DNA from: Podarcis bocagei
Taxonomy: Eukaryota
Length of the DNA stretch: 64,000 nucleotides
Strand: one strand, 5' to 3'
Assembly (NCBI GenBank): GCA_964188305.1
Contig: OZ076895.1
A model generated the notes under the pieces. That model was not told where the DNA came from. It ran no database searches and saw only the letters and a program-made list of their open reading frames with translations. Of this stretch, positions 10,650 through 56,408 are shown in pieces. The translations under genes were made by a program, and so were the position numbers. Numbering within the stretch: position 1 is the stretch's first letter; the number at the start of each line of letters is the position of its first letter.

Positions 10650-11900
10650 GAATTGTTTGCCACGATCCCCAGCCTCCCCCCATTTCAAAACGGGGCGCAG
10701 GTTTTTCTGCAAGGGAAACTCCCGTACAACCAGCTGGTCACGCGCGACCCCTCGACACGGGTGGACAAAACGGCGGCTCTCCCCTGGGTCTGCTTTCAAA
10801 ACCAGGGGGGGGGGTCATTTTCAGCCTCCCTTTTCGCGAGATTCATCTGCGAATAACGTCAAGAGCCCCGGACCGGACCCTCCGCTAACGGGAAGAGGAG
10901 CCCCTCGGCCGAGAAGAAGCTTAGCAAGCCACTTCGGGCGGGAGTCGGAGAAAGAAAGAGAGAGGCCCGGCTTTTACCTCAGGCCCAGCGCCACCGAGGT
11001 CGCCTCGAGAGGCATGCTGGGACTTGTAGTTGCCTCCCGCTCCGTCGCTCGTGCCCTGAACGGACGCGGGAACTACCGGTCCCAGCAGCCCCTGCCACGG
11101 GGAATGGGGGTGAAGAAACCCTAAAGGCCCGCCCTTGATATGTGAGTGTGTGTGTGTGTGTGTTTTGGTAATGCCTAATTTTGGGCTGCCGGGAGGAGGA
11201 GGAGGAGGAGGAGGAGGAGGAGAGCTCCGGCTGAGGGCGGAGAGTTACCTCAGGTTACCGTTTAACAGGCCGCCTTGGCCGCCGCTCCTGTTGCTACTGG
11301 GCTTGGGCGGCGAAGCGACCTCGGGAGGCCGCGAGGAGGCGGAGAAGGTGAGGCGCGAGGAGCGCGAGGCGCCTTTTTAAATCTTTATTTATTTATTCAT
11401 TGTATGTTTGTGAGAGAAAGAGGGGTAAAAAAAAAAAATTAAGGCAACGGGGGGAAAGGAAGGAGGCGGCGGGTGGTCGAGACTCGGCGGGTTGGGACCG
11501 AATAAGTCAGTAAAATAAGTGAGAAACAGCTTTCGCGACCGCCGCCGCCTCCTCCTCAGAGAGAACGGATTTCGGACCGGGTTGATCTCGGGGCTTTTCA
11601 AGTGTGTGCGCGACCCCCTTTTAAGGACCAGCAAAACTTGTCCCGGCAGAGAGGTTAGAAACGGTGCGGGGAGCAGCTCCTTCTCTCGCTTGGTCAGGCT
11701 GCTGCTTTTAAGGAGCAGGGCCAGTTTTTTTATTTTAAAAAAAATGAAATTGGGGTGTGTGAGGAGAAACCTCATTGGGAGAGAGAGGAAGGAAGCCTCC
11801 TGATTATTGTTGCTGCTGCTGCTTGTTGTTAGTTTAAATCTGTTTAGTCCCTGCCTGGCGGTGTATCCGAGTCCGGCTTGTTTAGAAAGTCGTGCCCGCA
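10650..11900. promoter_or_regulatory. SLC26A5: CpG island, probable SLC26A5 promoter and non-coding exon 1, probably bidirectional
   Basis: Dense CpG. Two opposed ZNF143/SBS-like motifs (GGCATGCTGGGACTTGTAGTT at 11011-11031; AACTACCGGTCCCAGCAGCCCC at 11071-11092). Plus-strand donor AAG|GTGAGG at 11347/11348 and minus-strand donor GAG|GTAAAA at 10978/10977. Assignment to SLC26A5 is inferred from position. Confidence 0.65.
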
Positions 11901-14261
11901 GGAAGCCTTTGCCCTTCTAATGGGTGAGGCTGGTTTGGGGTGTGGAAATGGCCCCCAAGGTTTGTTTCGCAAAGTTCAGGGAGGAACCTTGGTTTTAAGA
12001 AAAGGGGTTCTAAGGGATGAGTCCAGCCCCCCCCCCTGTTCATTGGGGCTGCCAGCCTTGCTTGCACAAAAGAGAGCCTGCCCACCTTAGCAGATTTCGC
12101 CCGTGACCTGGGTCCAATCGCACCTCTTGCCCAGAAGTTGCAAGAAGCTCCTTTCTAAGTGCCGCTTTGCCATGAGAAGCCTCTTCAAGGCTTAGCCCAT
12201 CATTTGCCATCCTTCCCTGATAACTTCCCCTCCTGCAGTTCTTTCTCCTCCCCTCCCTCGGTTTCATCCTGTTAACTGCATCCCGCACTTCCTCTTTTAA
12301 TCTTTATGTTGCTTGCATTGCTTTTATCACACTTTTATCAGTAGGATAAGGTTTACAACTTGTATCAATATACAAGCGAGACTGGCTGACTAAAGTATTC
12401 AACTCCATTGACGTCTTAGCAAAGAGCCTGTAATCGGAAGCACTGATGGGGGAAACCCCATACCTGAATCTTTAGCCCACAGCTAAAGATCCTGGCTCTA
12501 GATTCTAGGGAGAACCACTGACAAGAATTCCAAAATGAGCTGAAAATCACTTAATTTTTGAAAACTTCTTTGTTTTTCCCAAATCCCACAATCCCACAAT
12601 CATTTCCAGCATAATCTGATTTTCCCCCCTTCTAGTTGCCTTTCTGCTTTTTCATTCCCTAGCAACATAACCTTCTATTTTTTCCTTTGTTTAAGGCTGT
12701 TTGTTTAAAACTTTAATGGCGTGTTCATAAATCCTTGAGAATAAGGCGGCCTTTAAGTTGTGGTAGTACAATCAAAGTATAAGGAACAAAGTAGTCTGTA
12801 TTGTGAATAAAGAAATCTGCCTGATATTTATTAATGTTCTGCATTTTTATGGTGCTTTCTGTCCAAGCTTCTGTACATAAAGGCATGTATATTTTAACTG
12901 TGAAAGTATATTAGACCTGCTAGGTGCATGTTTTGAATGCACAAAAGTCTTTTGGTGATCAAACAAATGGCCTCTTGGTTGTAAGGCATCAAAATGTACT
13001 GATTGCAGGAAAACCTCTGCTGGACAGCTCTCAGTTAAGCCAGAGCTGGCTTAGTGTGCCTGCTTAGAACACACAAATCTTTCAGCAAAAAATACACTAA
13101 TGAAAAGCATTAAGTATATGAACATTCTAAATACAATTCCCTCATGCCTCCAAAAACATTGATAAAAATTGGTACAAACCTGGCAAATGAAACTTGATTT
13201 ACCACAAAACTGGCCATTCAGGAGTTAACATATCCATAAAAACATACAGGAGCTTAAACAGCCTCACAGACCAGGGGTTGCCAGTGTGGTGCCTGTGATT
13301 GCGAAAGCACCCTTGAAGTCTTCCCACAAAGCCTCGGAGCACTCTTGGTCATGAGGTGGTGTGGGTGATTATATGCTTTTCCCTTGAAAAATACATCGAG
13401 CTGAAGGAGGAAGTTGAAATTATGATATTTTCCCAATTCCTCTTTTAGTTCTATGTGCTTTTCAAGGCTCATATTAATTCTAAGATCCCTTAGAAAAGTA
13501 AAGTGTGTGCATGCTTTTTATCTCTCTCTGAGGAGTTGGAGGTTGGTACTGAACTAAAGGAAATGGAGAGAGGTTACCAGAAGGGATGGCATCCATGGCA
13601 CTCAATCCAAAATCAAATGAGCTCATGGGCCGATAAAGATTGGCACCCCTGCCACATATAGTACATGCACACAAGCACTTGGATTCACTGGGGTAAAACA
13701 TTTTAAAGTGTAGTGCAAAGCTTCTGTAATTGTAGGATGGTTATGCAGATAGTCAGTAGATGACTGCTTTTATAGAGAATGATTGTCATTGTGCTATCAA
13801 GGCAATTCAGATTTAGTATGACAAGCACAGCAAGGACTTCGACTGCATGCACACCATACATTTCAAGCACATTACTTCCCCTACAATATCTCAGTAACTT
13901 AATTTGTGTTGGGAAATATAGCTCCGTGAGAGGTAAACTACGTATGGTGTGTACACAGCCTCCCGCTGGTATTCCCTCAGTATTTGCCTATATTGCCAAT
14001 ATTTCCCTCAATATGCACCAATATTTGACATAATTCCAAGATGAGTAAGGATGGAGCCGGAATGCACTATACTAGACAGGAAAAGTGGAAGCCCAGAGTT
14101 ATCAACATTACCCAGAAATCACAGTCCTGTTCTCCATTTCGACCAACCAGGCAAGGGATGGAGGGTCTGCGGCCCTTTAGATGCATTTAGGTTCCAGCTC
14201 CCATCAGCCCCAGCCAGCATGGCTAATGGTCAGAAATTATGAGAGCTGGTGACCAGCATCA

Positions 14262-14367
14262 TGGCTCAGTTGGTAGAGCATGAGACTTAATTTCAGGGTC
14301 CTGGGCAAAAGATTCCTGCATTGAAGGGGGTTGGGCTAGAAGACTCTCATCCCTTTGAACACTACAA
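14262..14367 (+). mobile_element. tRNA-derived SINE with CR1-like tail (degenerate)
   Basis: A-box TGGCTCAGTTGGTAGAGCA, then GGGCAAAAGATTCCTGCATTG..GGGGGTTGGGCTAGA. Same family as 55682-55831. Confidence 0.65.
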
Positions 14368-14428
14368 TGAGAGAGAGAGTGAGTTAGGCTTGAACTAGAC
14401 AAAGGGTGGGGAAGGGGAGAGATAGTTA

Positions 14429-14560
14429 GATGGCCAAACTTGACCCTCCAGCTGTTTTGGGACTACAACTCCCATCATCCCTAGCAAACAGGACTAGTGG
14501 CCAGGCATGATGGGAATTGTAGTCCCAAAACAGCTGGAGAGCCAAGTTTGGCCATGCCTG
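14429..14560. mobile_element. Palindromic hAT-like MITE
   Basis: ATGGCCAAACTTG..CTCCAGCTGTTTTGGGACTACAACTCCCATCAT is inverted against ATGATGGGAATTGTAGTCCCAAAACAGCTGGAG..CAAGTTTGGCCAT. Older relatives lie near 14150-14250, 22510-22645 and 43660-43770. Confidence 0.7.
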
Positions 14561-17500
14561 CTCTAAGCAGTATTATTTGCATTATTCTGCCATTGAAAGG
14601 AGAATACTTGCCCTTTTCTCATCTTGTTATTGGCATGTGCCTAGTTCACCTCTGTATTTTCCCATCAGCAAACCAGTATTGACTCTGGAATGTGAACTTG
14701 GCTAGAAACTTCATTTGCTCTATGAACCTGCCAAGCTAAATGGGTTGGTCAGGTCAGTCTTCAGGCCAGTGTCAGCATGAGGAACACCATGGAACAAGAA
14801 GAAAATTAACAAGTCAGACCTCTCACTCTTTTCTCAGAGGGGAGCCTGCAAGCCATTTATGCCAAGAACTGGAACCATCACTTATCTAAACAAATAGTGG
14901 AAAGACTTAGTGCCTTGCAGATTATTGAACTGTTTAATCAACTTGGCACATAAGAAACACGTGGTCCACAAATGGGCATTAGTGACCTTTTAAAACTGAA
15001 CCTTTCCCTAGAACAAACATATACACTGCTGATAGCATATTGGGACTCTGAGGGACAAAATCATTTAAGGAAAATGCAACTTTGGAAGTGAACATTCATT
15101 GCATTTAAACATGAAATGTCAGGTCATTGATAGCTCATTTTAAAGATCAATAATGATTCTATCTAGATGGCTTGTTGTGTCAGTCTCTTGCAGCAAAATG
15201 ATAAGTATTGTGACACCTTAAAAACTAATACATTATGGTACAAGCTTTCGTGGACTGCAGTTCTCACCAAATGCATGAAATGCTATCCTGGGTTGCAAGG
15301 GTTTATGTCTGTGTATATGATTTTTGGCAGGGGGGTGGTAAATAGTGAGGTCAGAAGGAAATACTACAGGTGGTGATATTTACCGTATGCTATAAACAGT
15401 GGCCATTCACACCCACACCCACCAGTTGTGTTGATAACACAGATATCCTACCATTGGTAAGCCAATTAATACATGTAGTATGATAAAAATCCATTGTGAA
15501 AATTCATTCCACAAGTGATTGCATTGAGTCTCTTGATATATTGCAATTAAGCAGTTAAAAGTTGTTGTCAATTATTTAAAATAACTCATTGCAGAAAAGG
15601 AGTACATTTTTTAAAAAATCTGGTTTAGTCAGGGCTTGAATGTGGCCTGTGGTTTCTTCTCAGTTATAGAAGTTAAATACTTCTGTGTGAATGTCTCCAG
15701 AGATCATGGCCTTAGCCATTATCTTGGGTGGAGTTCAAAATTCTCCATAACTGCAGTGTGACCTAAACGTGTTCCATGAGTGACCTGTGATAGATACTTT
15801 GAAATAAAATATTTATAATAAAATTAACTTGAATTTCCTGCCTGTGAAAACAGGGGTTGTTAACTTGGGCTAAGTCTCCAGAATGATCAACATGAGTCCT
15901 CCCAGCTATGTAAACATACCCTAATGGGAGAGGTTAGGCTGAGGCTGTGTCATGATGGGTCTGTGACTCTTCTGGGCATACCAGGAAAGGCCAATCATCA
16001 GAACAAGTAACTTGACTATGAATTGACTCATGAAGGAAGTGGCTTGGGGACAAGGGTCTGAGGGTTTGCTGTTGAACTGCATCTTTCTATCATTTTTCTT
16101 ATGTGATTTGGAAGCACTACATAGAACACCATGTGTTAGCACACATTTGCCATGACTTTCACTGCAGTAAAGACTGTTAGTGGTTTTGTGCACCCTTGGC
16201 GATTTGGTCTAGATGGAGCAGAGGAGGAGAAAATGCAAACATTTGAGCATAAATATCTGGGTACTATGCTGTCTGACCTTTTATGCTGCTCACATTCTGC
16301 TGCTCGTGCTCCAGAGTAATATTATGAAGAGTTCATTCTGGCATATTTGCTGTGCAAGCCTTTCCTAATCATTGTGGCATTGATGCTTCATATGTTGCTA
16401 GTGTGCTTACACAATGTCCCCAGGCTATAGTTTGCTTTTGTTTTAACTGGGGTTGGGTAAAGTGTGCACCTAAACATGCAATCTACAAATTTGTATTCAG
16501 GAATATAGATATCTAGCATGCATATCAGAGGCAGGTTTGGCTGCAGCTCCCTGTGAAGTGTACACTCAGTGGCGAGCCTTGATTTGATGGTATTCAATAT
16601 GTAAAGCAGCCCTAGTACACACAAACTGGATGAAATCTGTGGAGCTTTCAAAATGATTCAGAAATGCATTTGGTACACAGAGTCCACATGCATAAAGGGG
16701 TTTGCCTTGATTATGGTTCATTTTCCTGACAATCCACTCTGGGAGAAAGAGGGTCCCAAACTGGATCCACTAGATAACTGTACTATATGACCCCTTCATG
16801 AATTCAAACCAGGGATGTAAAGTACCATCTTTGAGGATGGTTCTGGTGTCCCTTCATCCTACCAGTTCAGTGTTGCTCAGGTGCTAAACTTCAGTTTCTG
16901 CATTCTGCATAGTTAAGTTCCAGTTCCTCTTGTTTTGGTAAGCAGATGCAGTAACCCACAGTCAAAAGGTAAACTTTACATGAGTATAACTGCAGTTAAC
17001 TAGAGTGTTGTTTTGAAAAAATCTACCGTATATGCACTAAGAATCTATAAAAGAGTCATGTTTTACATCATATATGATGTTAGGCACAGGAAACATCAAA
17101 TTATGTCTGAAACTTTCAAGCTGCAGTTAAAGGAGGTAGTGAGCGTGCTCTTCCTTTGTAGTCATAAGTTGGCAGTTTTTAAATTTTGTGCCTGCATGGC
17201 AACGGAAAAAGGTGCCAAGTTCAAAAAGGGCCGATTTTTTATTTCAAAGGAAGAATTGGGAGCACACTTAGAATGCACTTCTGATTGTTCTGTCACAAGC
17301 TCAGCTTGAATTCAACCCATGTCTCCAAAAGCTCTTCCTTCGAACCCCTACCTCAAGCCACGTTTGCAAAAGGAGACTCGAGAGGGCACACTCCTGATTC
17401 TTTTCCTTTGGAAATTGCATTTGTGATGTCCGGCAATCAGGGCTGGCCAGCCTATGAAGTGGACTGAGGCATCCACCTTGGGCAGCAGAATCCCAAGCGA

Positions 17501-18745
17501 TGGCTCCCCCATGGGCATCACACCCAGCCTTGCTGCTGCTGAAGAAGTGAAGAGAAGTGATGCCTTCTTCTCCTCACTTCTCCTGTGGCAAGGGGTGGGG
17601 ACCCTGCCCGCACCCTGTCATTGCTAGAGAAGGAAGGAGAAGTGGCTGCAGGTTTCAGCGAGATCTTGCAGCCCTTTCAAGAGATCTTGCCAGAACCCAG
17701 AAGCTGCAGCCATGCAACCCTGATAAGCAAGACTTCAACGGGACGGGGAGGCATCTTCTCTCTGACCAATGAGAAATTCCTGGAGCAGCACTTCTGCATT
17801 TAGTTTCCAATCTATTATTACTATTTTATTTCTATACAAACCACTATATTAAGGTGGTGTACAGAATCTCACTTAACCAAAAACATGAGAAGAAAGCAGT
17901 GAATACTTCTTGCATTTTTGTAGTATTTTCTTTATTTATAAATATACAAACAAAGCATGTGGAGACTGAAGCGTTACTAAAGGGCAGCAGCTCTTCCACC
18001 TTACATCAGGTTCCCAGAGAGTAGCCTTGCAACCCTAGATGCCTTAAGCCAGCTCCCCACTTATTTCTTCAAATTGTCAGGTGCTCTTTTCCACCAATGC
18101 ATCCCTGGACCACCCTCTTAGGTGAAGGAGTGTCAAAATCTCCAAATTACCGCAGGGATGTCATTCAAAAACAATGAATTTCCCCTAGCTACCAGCAGAC
18201 CAGCACCTAACTAATAGTTTCCATTGACAAAAAGCCACCAGTTACCCTGGGCTGTTAGTCTAACAAAGGCATATGGCTGCTATAACAATATTTTGTTCTT
18301 TGGGAATCAAAAGGTGAGCTTGCTTTTATATACAGTATCTCCGGGTGATATAACTCTGCAGTATGCATCTATTCTTCTAACACTTTCAAGTTGATAAGTG
18401 GCAAGAAGCCCTTTCAAAGCCTGACTTATCAGTCACATTTAAGAACCATCAGTTATTAAGTCTTTGTGTTTGGTCTCTTGGATACACCCAATAATTCTTA
18501 CTAGGCAGATAAGTATTGCTGTAGCTTGTATGGTTGTCTGTTCAGTCTTTTCAGGTGTGCACTGAGATTGCTCAAGAGCAGCTTTTCATTCTTTGTTTTC
18601 CTTTATGGGAACACAGAGGGGCTGATTTTTTTCCATCCCCAAATATTGACTTTGCTTCAGAACATCTATGCTATGGTGTATTATTGTGATATCCCAGCAT
18701 TGTGTATATTGGGAGGGGAGATTCCTGACAAACTGTTCTCAATTC

Positions 18746-18856
18746 AGGTAGGTAGCCGTGTTGGTCTGACGCAGTAGAAATATATATAAAAATTAAAAAT
18801 AAAAAAATTGTCCAGTAGCACCTTAGAGACCAGCTAAGTTTGTTCTTGGTATGAGC
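18746..18856 (-). mobile_element. Short Penelope-like repeat copy
   Basis: Same module as 10121-10558, flanked by the direct repeat TCTCAATTC (18737-18745 and 18857-18865). Confidence 0.8.
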
Positions 18857-20297
18857 TCTCAATTCGTTCATTCAATAAATTTCTATAACACACTTCATCA
18901 AAAATAACCTTAGGGTGGTTTACATACATAAAATTATTAAACAGAATAACACATTAAAACTGGTATTAAAATCCATAGCCAGCCAATAGCAGCAACCAAT
19001 CCCCCATTACAAATGGGCAGGACTGATAAATTGCCCCCAAATATCTTGGTGAATGAAGATGTCGTCAACTGGCATAAAAAATCATGTAGTGTTGACACCA
19101 TAGTGATGGGAAAGAGTACTATTCCTGGCTACCAGAGAAAAGACCCTATAAGTCACTGCCCAATGTGGCACAGTTACTGGTGGGACCTTCAGAGTGGCTG
19201 ATCCTGCAGATCTTGGAGCCTGAGCAGGTTGATATTTACAACATAAGGGAAGGTTGCTGCCAGACATAGGCATTTATTTATCTTTTCATATGGTCATGCC
19301 CACTTCTGGCAATGAGTCCTGCCTATACCACAATTTTGTGTGTCCCCAAACAAGTTGCCTAAATTTGGGAGGGGTGCTTGTGTGACAGAATAGCTCTGAA
19401 ACCACCAGCCACCTGGCTTTCCCCACAAGAGTCACCCTCTGATACTATCTGCTAAAAGTTACAGAGTTAAAGAACAATGAGCACATTTTGATCCTGGGGG
19501 AGTGAATTCATAGTCCTTTCACCCATAAGCCCATTGCTAGTTGGTTTTCTTCATTTCAGCAGCCTAATTTAGATGTGAAAAGTCGCATTTCTTGTTATGA
19601 TTCAACAGTTGTGAGATAGAAACCCTTGATGATCTGGAAATCTCCCTGAGATCTACCAGTAAGTCTGTCATCTGCCTGCTTCTGCCATAGTAGGGGCATC
19701 TCTGAGATGACCAGGGAGAAGGCTTACAATTTTCTTTTGCTCTGCCTGTCTTCTGATGTTACATGGTCTCAGGGGGTGGGTGTGGAGGAACAGGACATTC
19801 TGGTTGAACCGTAAACTAGTATGTAATGGTGACTTTGTGGTGTCACCCATACTCACAGAGCAGTTGTTCTTCCGTGGTCCATGTGGAAAGAAGAGACAGG
19901 TGTGTGGTGATTGCAGTGCCCTTCTTCCTCCTTCAGTCTCCCAGTTCTTCGGTCTCCTAGTTCTTCAGTCTCTCTCTCTCTCTCTCTCTCTCTCTGGATA
20001 GTTGGGCTTGTACGGCCCCAGGAGAGGGAAGAGTCTAGCTGAAGGAAGAGTAGACGTGTGGTCCCTCCCTCTCCTGGCTCTCTCTCTCACAGAGAAGTTG
20101 GTCTTGAGATAACCTCTTTGTGGGGCAGAGGGCCCAGGAGTAGGTTTGTGTCTCCTCCTTTCTTTATATGAAAGTACTCTCAGTTATTATCTTCTGCAGA
20201 AGGAAGCACTTCTTTAAATTGTCCTTTTAAAAAATGCTTATATTTTGATAGCATCTTCAAGGAGCAACTCTTCAGTTCCCTTTCCCTGAAATGTACT

Positions 20298-45480
<25,183 letters not shown>

Positions 45481-46743
45481 ACTCCTGCATCATAGATTGT
45501 ATGGTGGTGCACTGATTAAATTCCAAGGGCTTCTCTTTAATACTTAATTTGCACAGATTATACAGCGCCTAAGATTAGCCAGTCTTACGGGTATGTGACA
45601 CAGTAGTAGGGCCGCCTTGTTTTCTGCCAGGATGCTCTCTGAAGAATTTGAAGCCTTAATACTTTCAAATATTGAAGTCAGGTATAGCCTGAACCGGTTT
45701 GTATAAAAAAAAGAAGACTCGTGTATTTTCCTGAAAGCATCCTAAAAGATTTGGGAGTTTCTTTTTTGTTGTTGTTCAGAAATGTGCCAGCAGATGAGAT
45801 ATTGCACTACATGGATATTTTTAGCACTGTGGATTACTGAAAAGAGTACAGATGATGCAGCAAGCCTGGGAGACATGGACTGCTTGCTACTTTCCTTTGA
45901 CGCTTTATTGTGGAGGCATTGTTGTAAAATGTATTCTTGTACCATCTACTGAAGAATTGCACTGTACGATATCTTTGAAGTGTTCAGCACTGGCTTTCAA
46001 AACTACATTTTATGTAGTCAATTTTTAAAATCCCATAAAAGCCATTTTTTGCAGCTTTTGCTAAGTTCTTCCATTTCCCTTCTGCTTATTTTTAGATGTT
46101 ATGGTAGTCAAGATAGATATGCACCTATGTGACACTTTGATGGTGCCTATCTATTAGGTTAAAGGTTTTGTGACCTGAGACAGTAATAGACATTAATGGC
46201 AATTATTCTTTTTTAAAAAGGGGGGCCAGTGATCTAGTCTGATTAAGCATATTGTTATGGTAATTCAAGTGTATAATGAAAAACCTTTTTACAGATTTCC
46301 TCCTAAATGACACCAAAATCTGATACAAAAAGGCACTGTGGGGCACTGTAAAAAACGGGGGTTTCACTGCAAAATGACTCCCTTGAAACTGGTGCCAAAG
46401 TTTTGGAATCTCAAATGTTGGGGTTTGTTATTAATGAAGGTAACATGTACTCCACTTTCAATGAGGTAGTTACTGATTTCACAGTGCTGTACATGGTATG
46501 TCCCACTCAAAAGCTTGCAGAAAGGAAGAGGTGCTCCCAAACAGAGTTCATTAGATCTAGGAAGGGTAATATGCAGTTAAACATTTTTACTGAATATCAT
46601 AAGGAACTACGCCATGTAACTTGGAATATTCCATTTATTTCTACTAGTCCAACTATGTTACACCACACACACAAACTAGAACTTTTGATATTACTCTGCG
46701 TAGTATTAGCCATATGAAGGAGATCTCTCAGTGGTATCTAGAA

Positions 46744-55352
<8,609 letters not shown>

Positions 55353-56408
55353 CGTGTCTCCCCCTCAGAGCTTCCGACGGCGGAGACTCCTTCTACCGGC
55401 GGCTGCTACTGCGCATGCGCGTTACGCAGCATCTCCGAGCTTCTTCCTTCCGGGACTGAACAGGAAATACGTCATGAGCATTTCCTGCTGCCGCCGGAAA
55501 AGACGGAGTGAAGGAATAGGTCCATAGAGATGCGGGGGAAGTTTAAAGCTGCGCACAGCCGGATCTTCCTTCTCGAATGGGCAGCCGCCACTGGGCCGCG
55601 GGGAAAATTTAATGCGTTTCCACAAATCTTACCCTCCCCGAGACACAGCGCGCGCCCACCCGCCTCGCTGGAGTCTGAATGCATAGAAGCAGAGACCTGT
55701 GGAGTTGGAAGGGACCCCGAGAGGCATCTAGTCCAGCCCCCTGCAATGAAGGACTCTTTTGCCCAACGAGGGGTTTGAACCCACGACCCTGAGATGAAGA
55801 GCATCGTGTTTTTTTCTACTGACTGGGCTAAATCTCTGCAGAAATATCCCCTCCCCCCCCAAAAAAAACCCCACTTCTGACATTCACGACTGCTTGGGGC
55901 TTTGTTTTCTTTGCTGTTCCCAGGAATAAACCACTTCTTGTTGTGGCCTTTTTGTCGCTTGTAGAGAGAAGCACCTCTGAAAATGTTTATTTGCGTCTGT
56001 ATCTGCGGCCCTCAGTCCTTCAAGCGGGAAAGTCCCTGTGCGCAGTTTAAAAAACCACAAAACTTTAATTCTCCACAACATGTAAGATGGCAGGGACGTT
56101 CATTAAAAGGGGCGACGCGACCTTCCCAACCGCCCCTTCCTTTCGTTTAAAAAGGAGGGCGGGGGAGAGAGGGAGGCCTGCGGCTCCCTTGTGCGGCGGA
56201 ACCTCTCCGTCGCGCTCCGAGGCGAGGCGGAAGACAGGAAGCCGCGGACAGGAAGCGCTTGCCCGCCCCGGAAGTGTTCGCCGGGTCCTTCCATGCGCCG
56301 GCTCCTGGCAACCCGCGACCAAGGCCGACGGCGGCGGCGGAGGGGAGAAACACCCGCGGCGGACCCGTTTGTTCCGGGACGGAGCGGCCTCCCCTGGGCG
56401 GCGCCGCG
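55353..56408. promoter_or_regulatory. PSMC2/DNAJC2 bidirectional CpG-island promoter
   Basis: Head-to-head ATGs 1056 bp apart. NRF1 motif TGCGCATGCGCG at 55410-55421. ETS/GABP motif CCGGAAGTG at 56268-56276 with several nearby GGAAG repeats. YY1-like AAGATGGC near 56084. Confidence 0.85.
55682..55831 (-). mobile_element. tRNA-derived SINE with CR1-like tail inside the bidirectional promoter
   Basis: Minus strand reads TAGCCCAGTCAGTAG (A box)..CTCAGGGTCGTGGGTTCAAACCCC (B box)..GGGCAAAAGA..GCAGGGGGCTGGACTAGATG..CCCTTCCAACTC..TTCTATG. Confidence 0.75.

Noticed and set aside
14262-14300. tRNA genes here and at about 26160, 35270 and 55770-55830
   Set aside because: These are degenerate heads without a full cloverleaf, joined to LINE-like tails, so they are SINEs.
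14429-14560. ACTACAACTCCC / GGGAATTGTAGT as ZNF143 promoter sites
   Set aside because: They lie in the arms of a palindromic MITE outside any CpG island.
15165-15280. Further hammerhead in an older Penelope-like fragment (also near 47830-47890 and 10175-10203)
   Set aside because: AAGCTTTCGTGG is present at about 15242, but helix II and the CUGANGA box are decayed or missing.
15900-17000. Possible decayed coding sequence (short ORFs, faint LRR-like words on the minus strand)
   Set aside because: Many stops, no consistent frame and no recognisable homolog. A BLASTX search would be needed.
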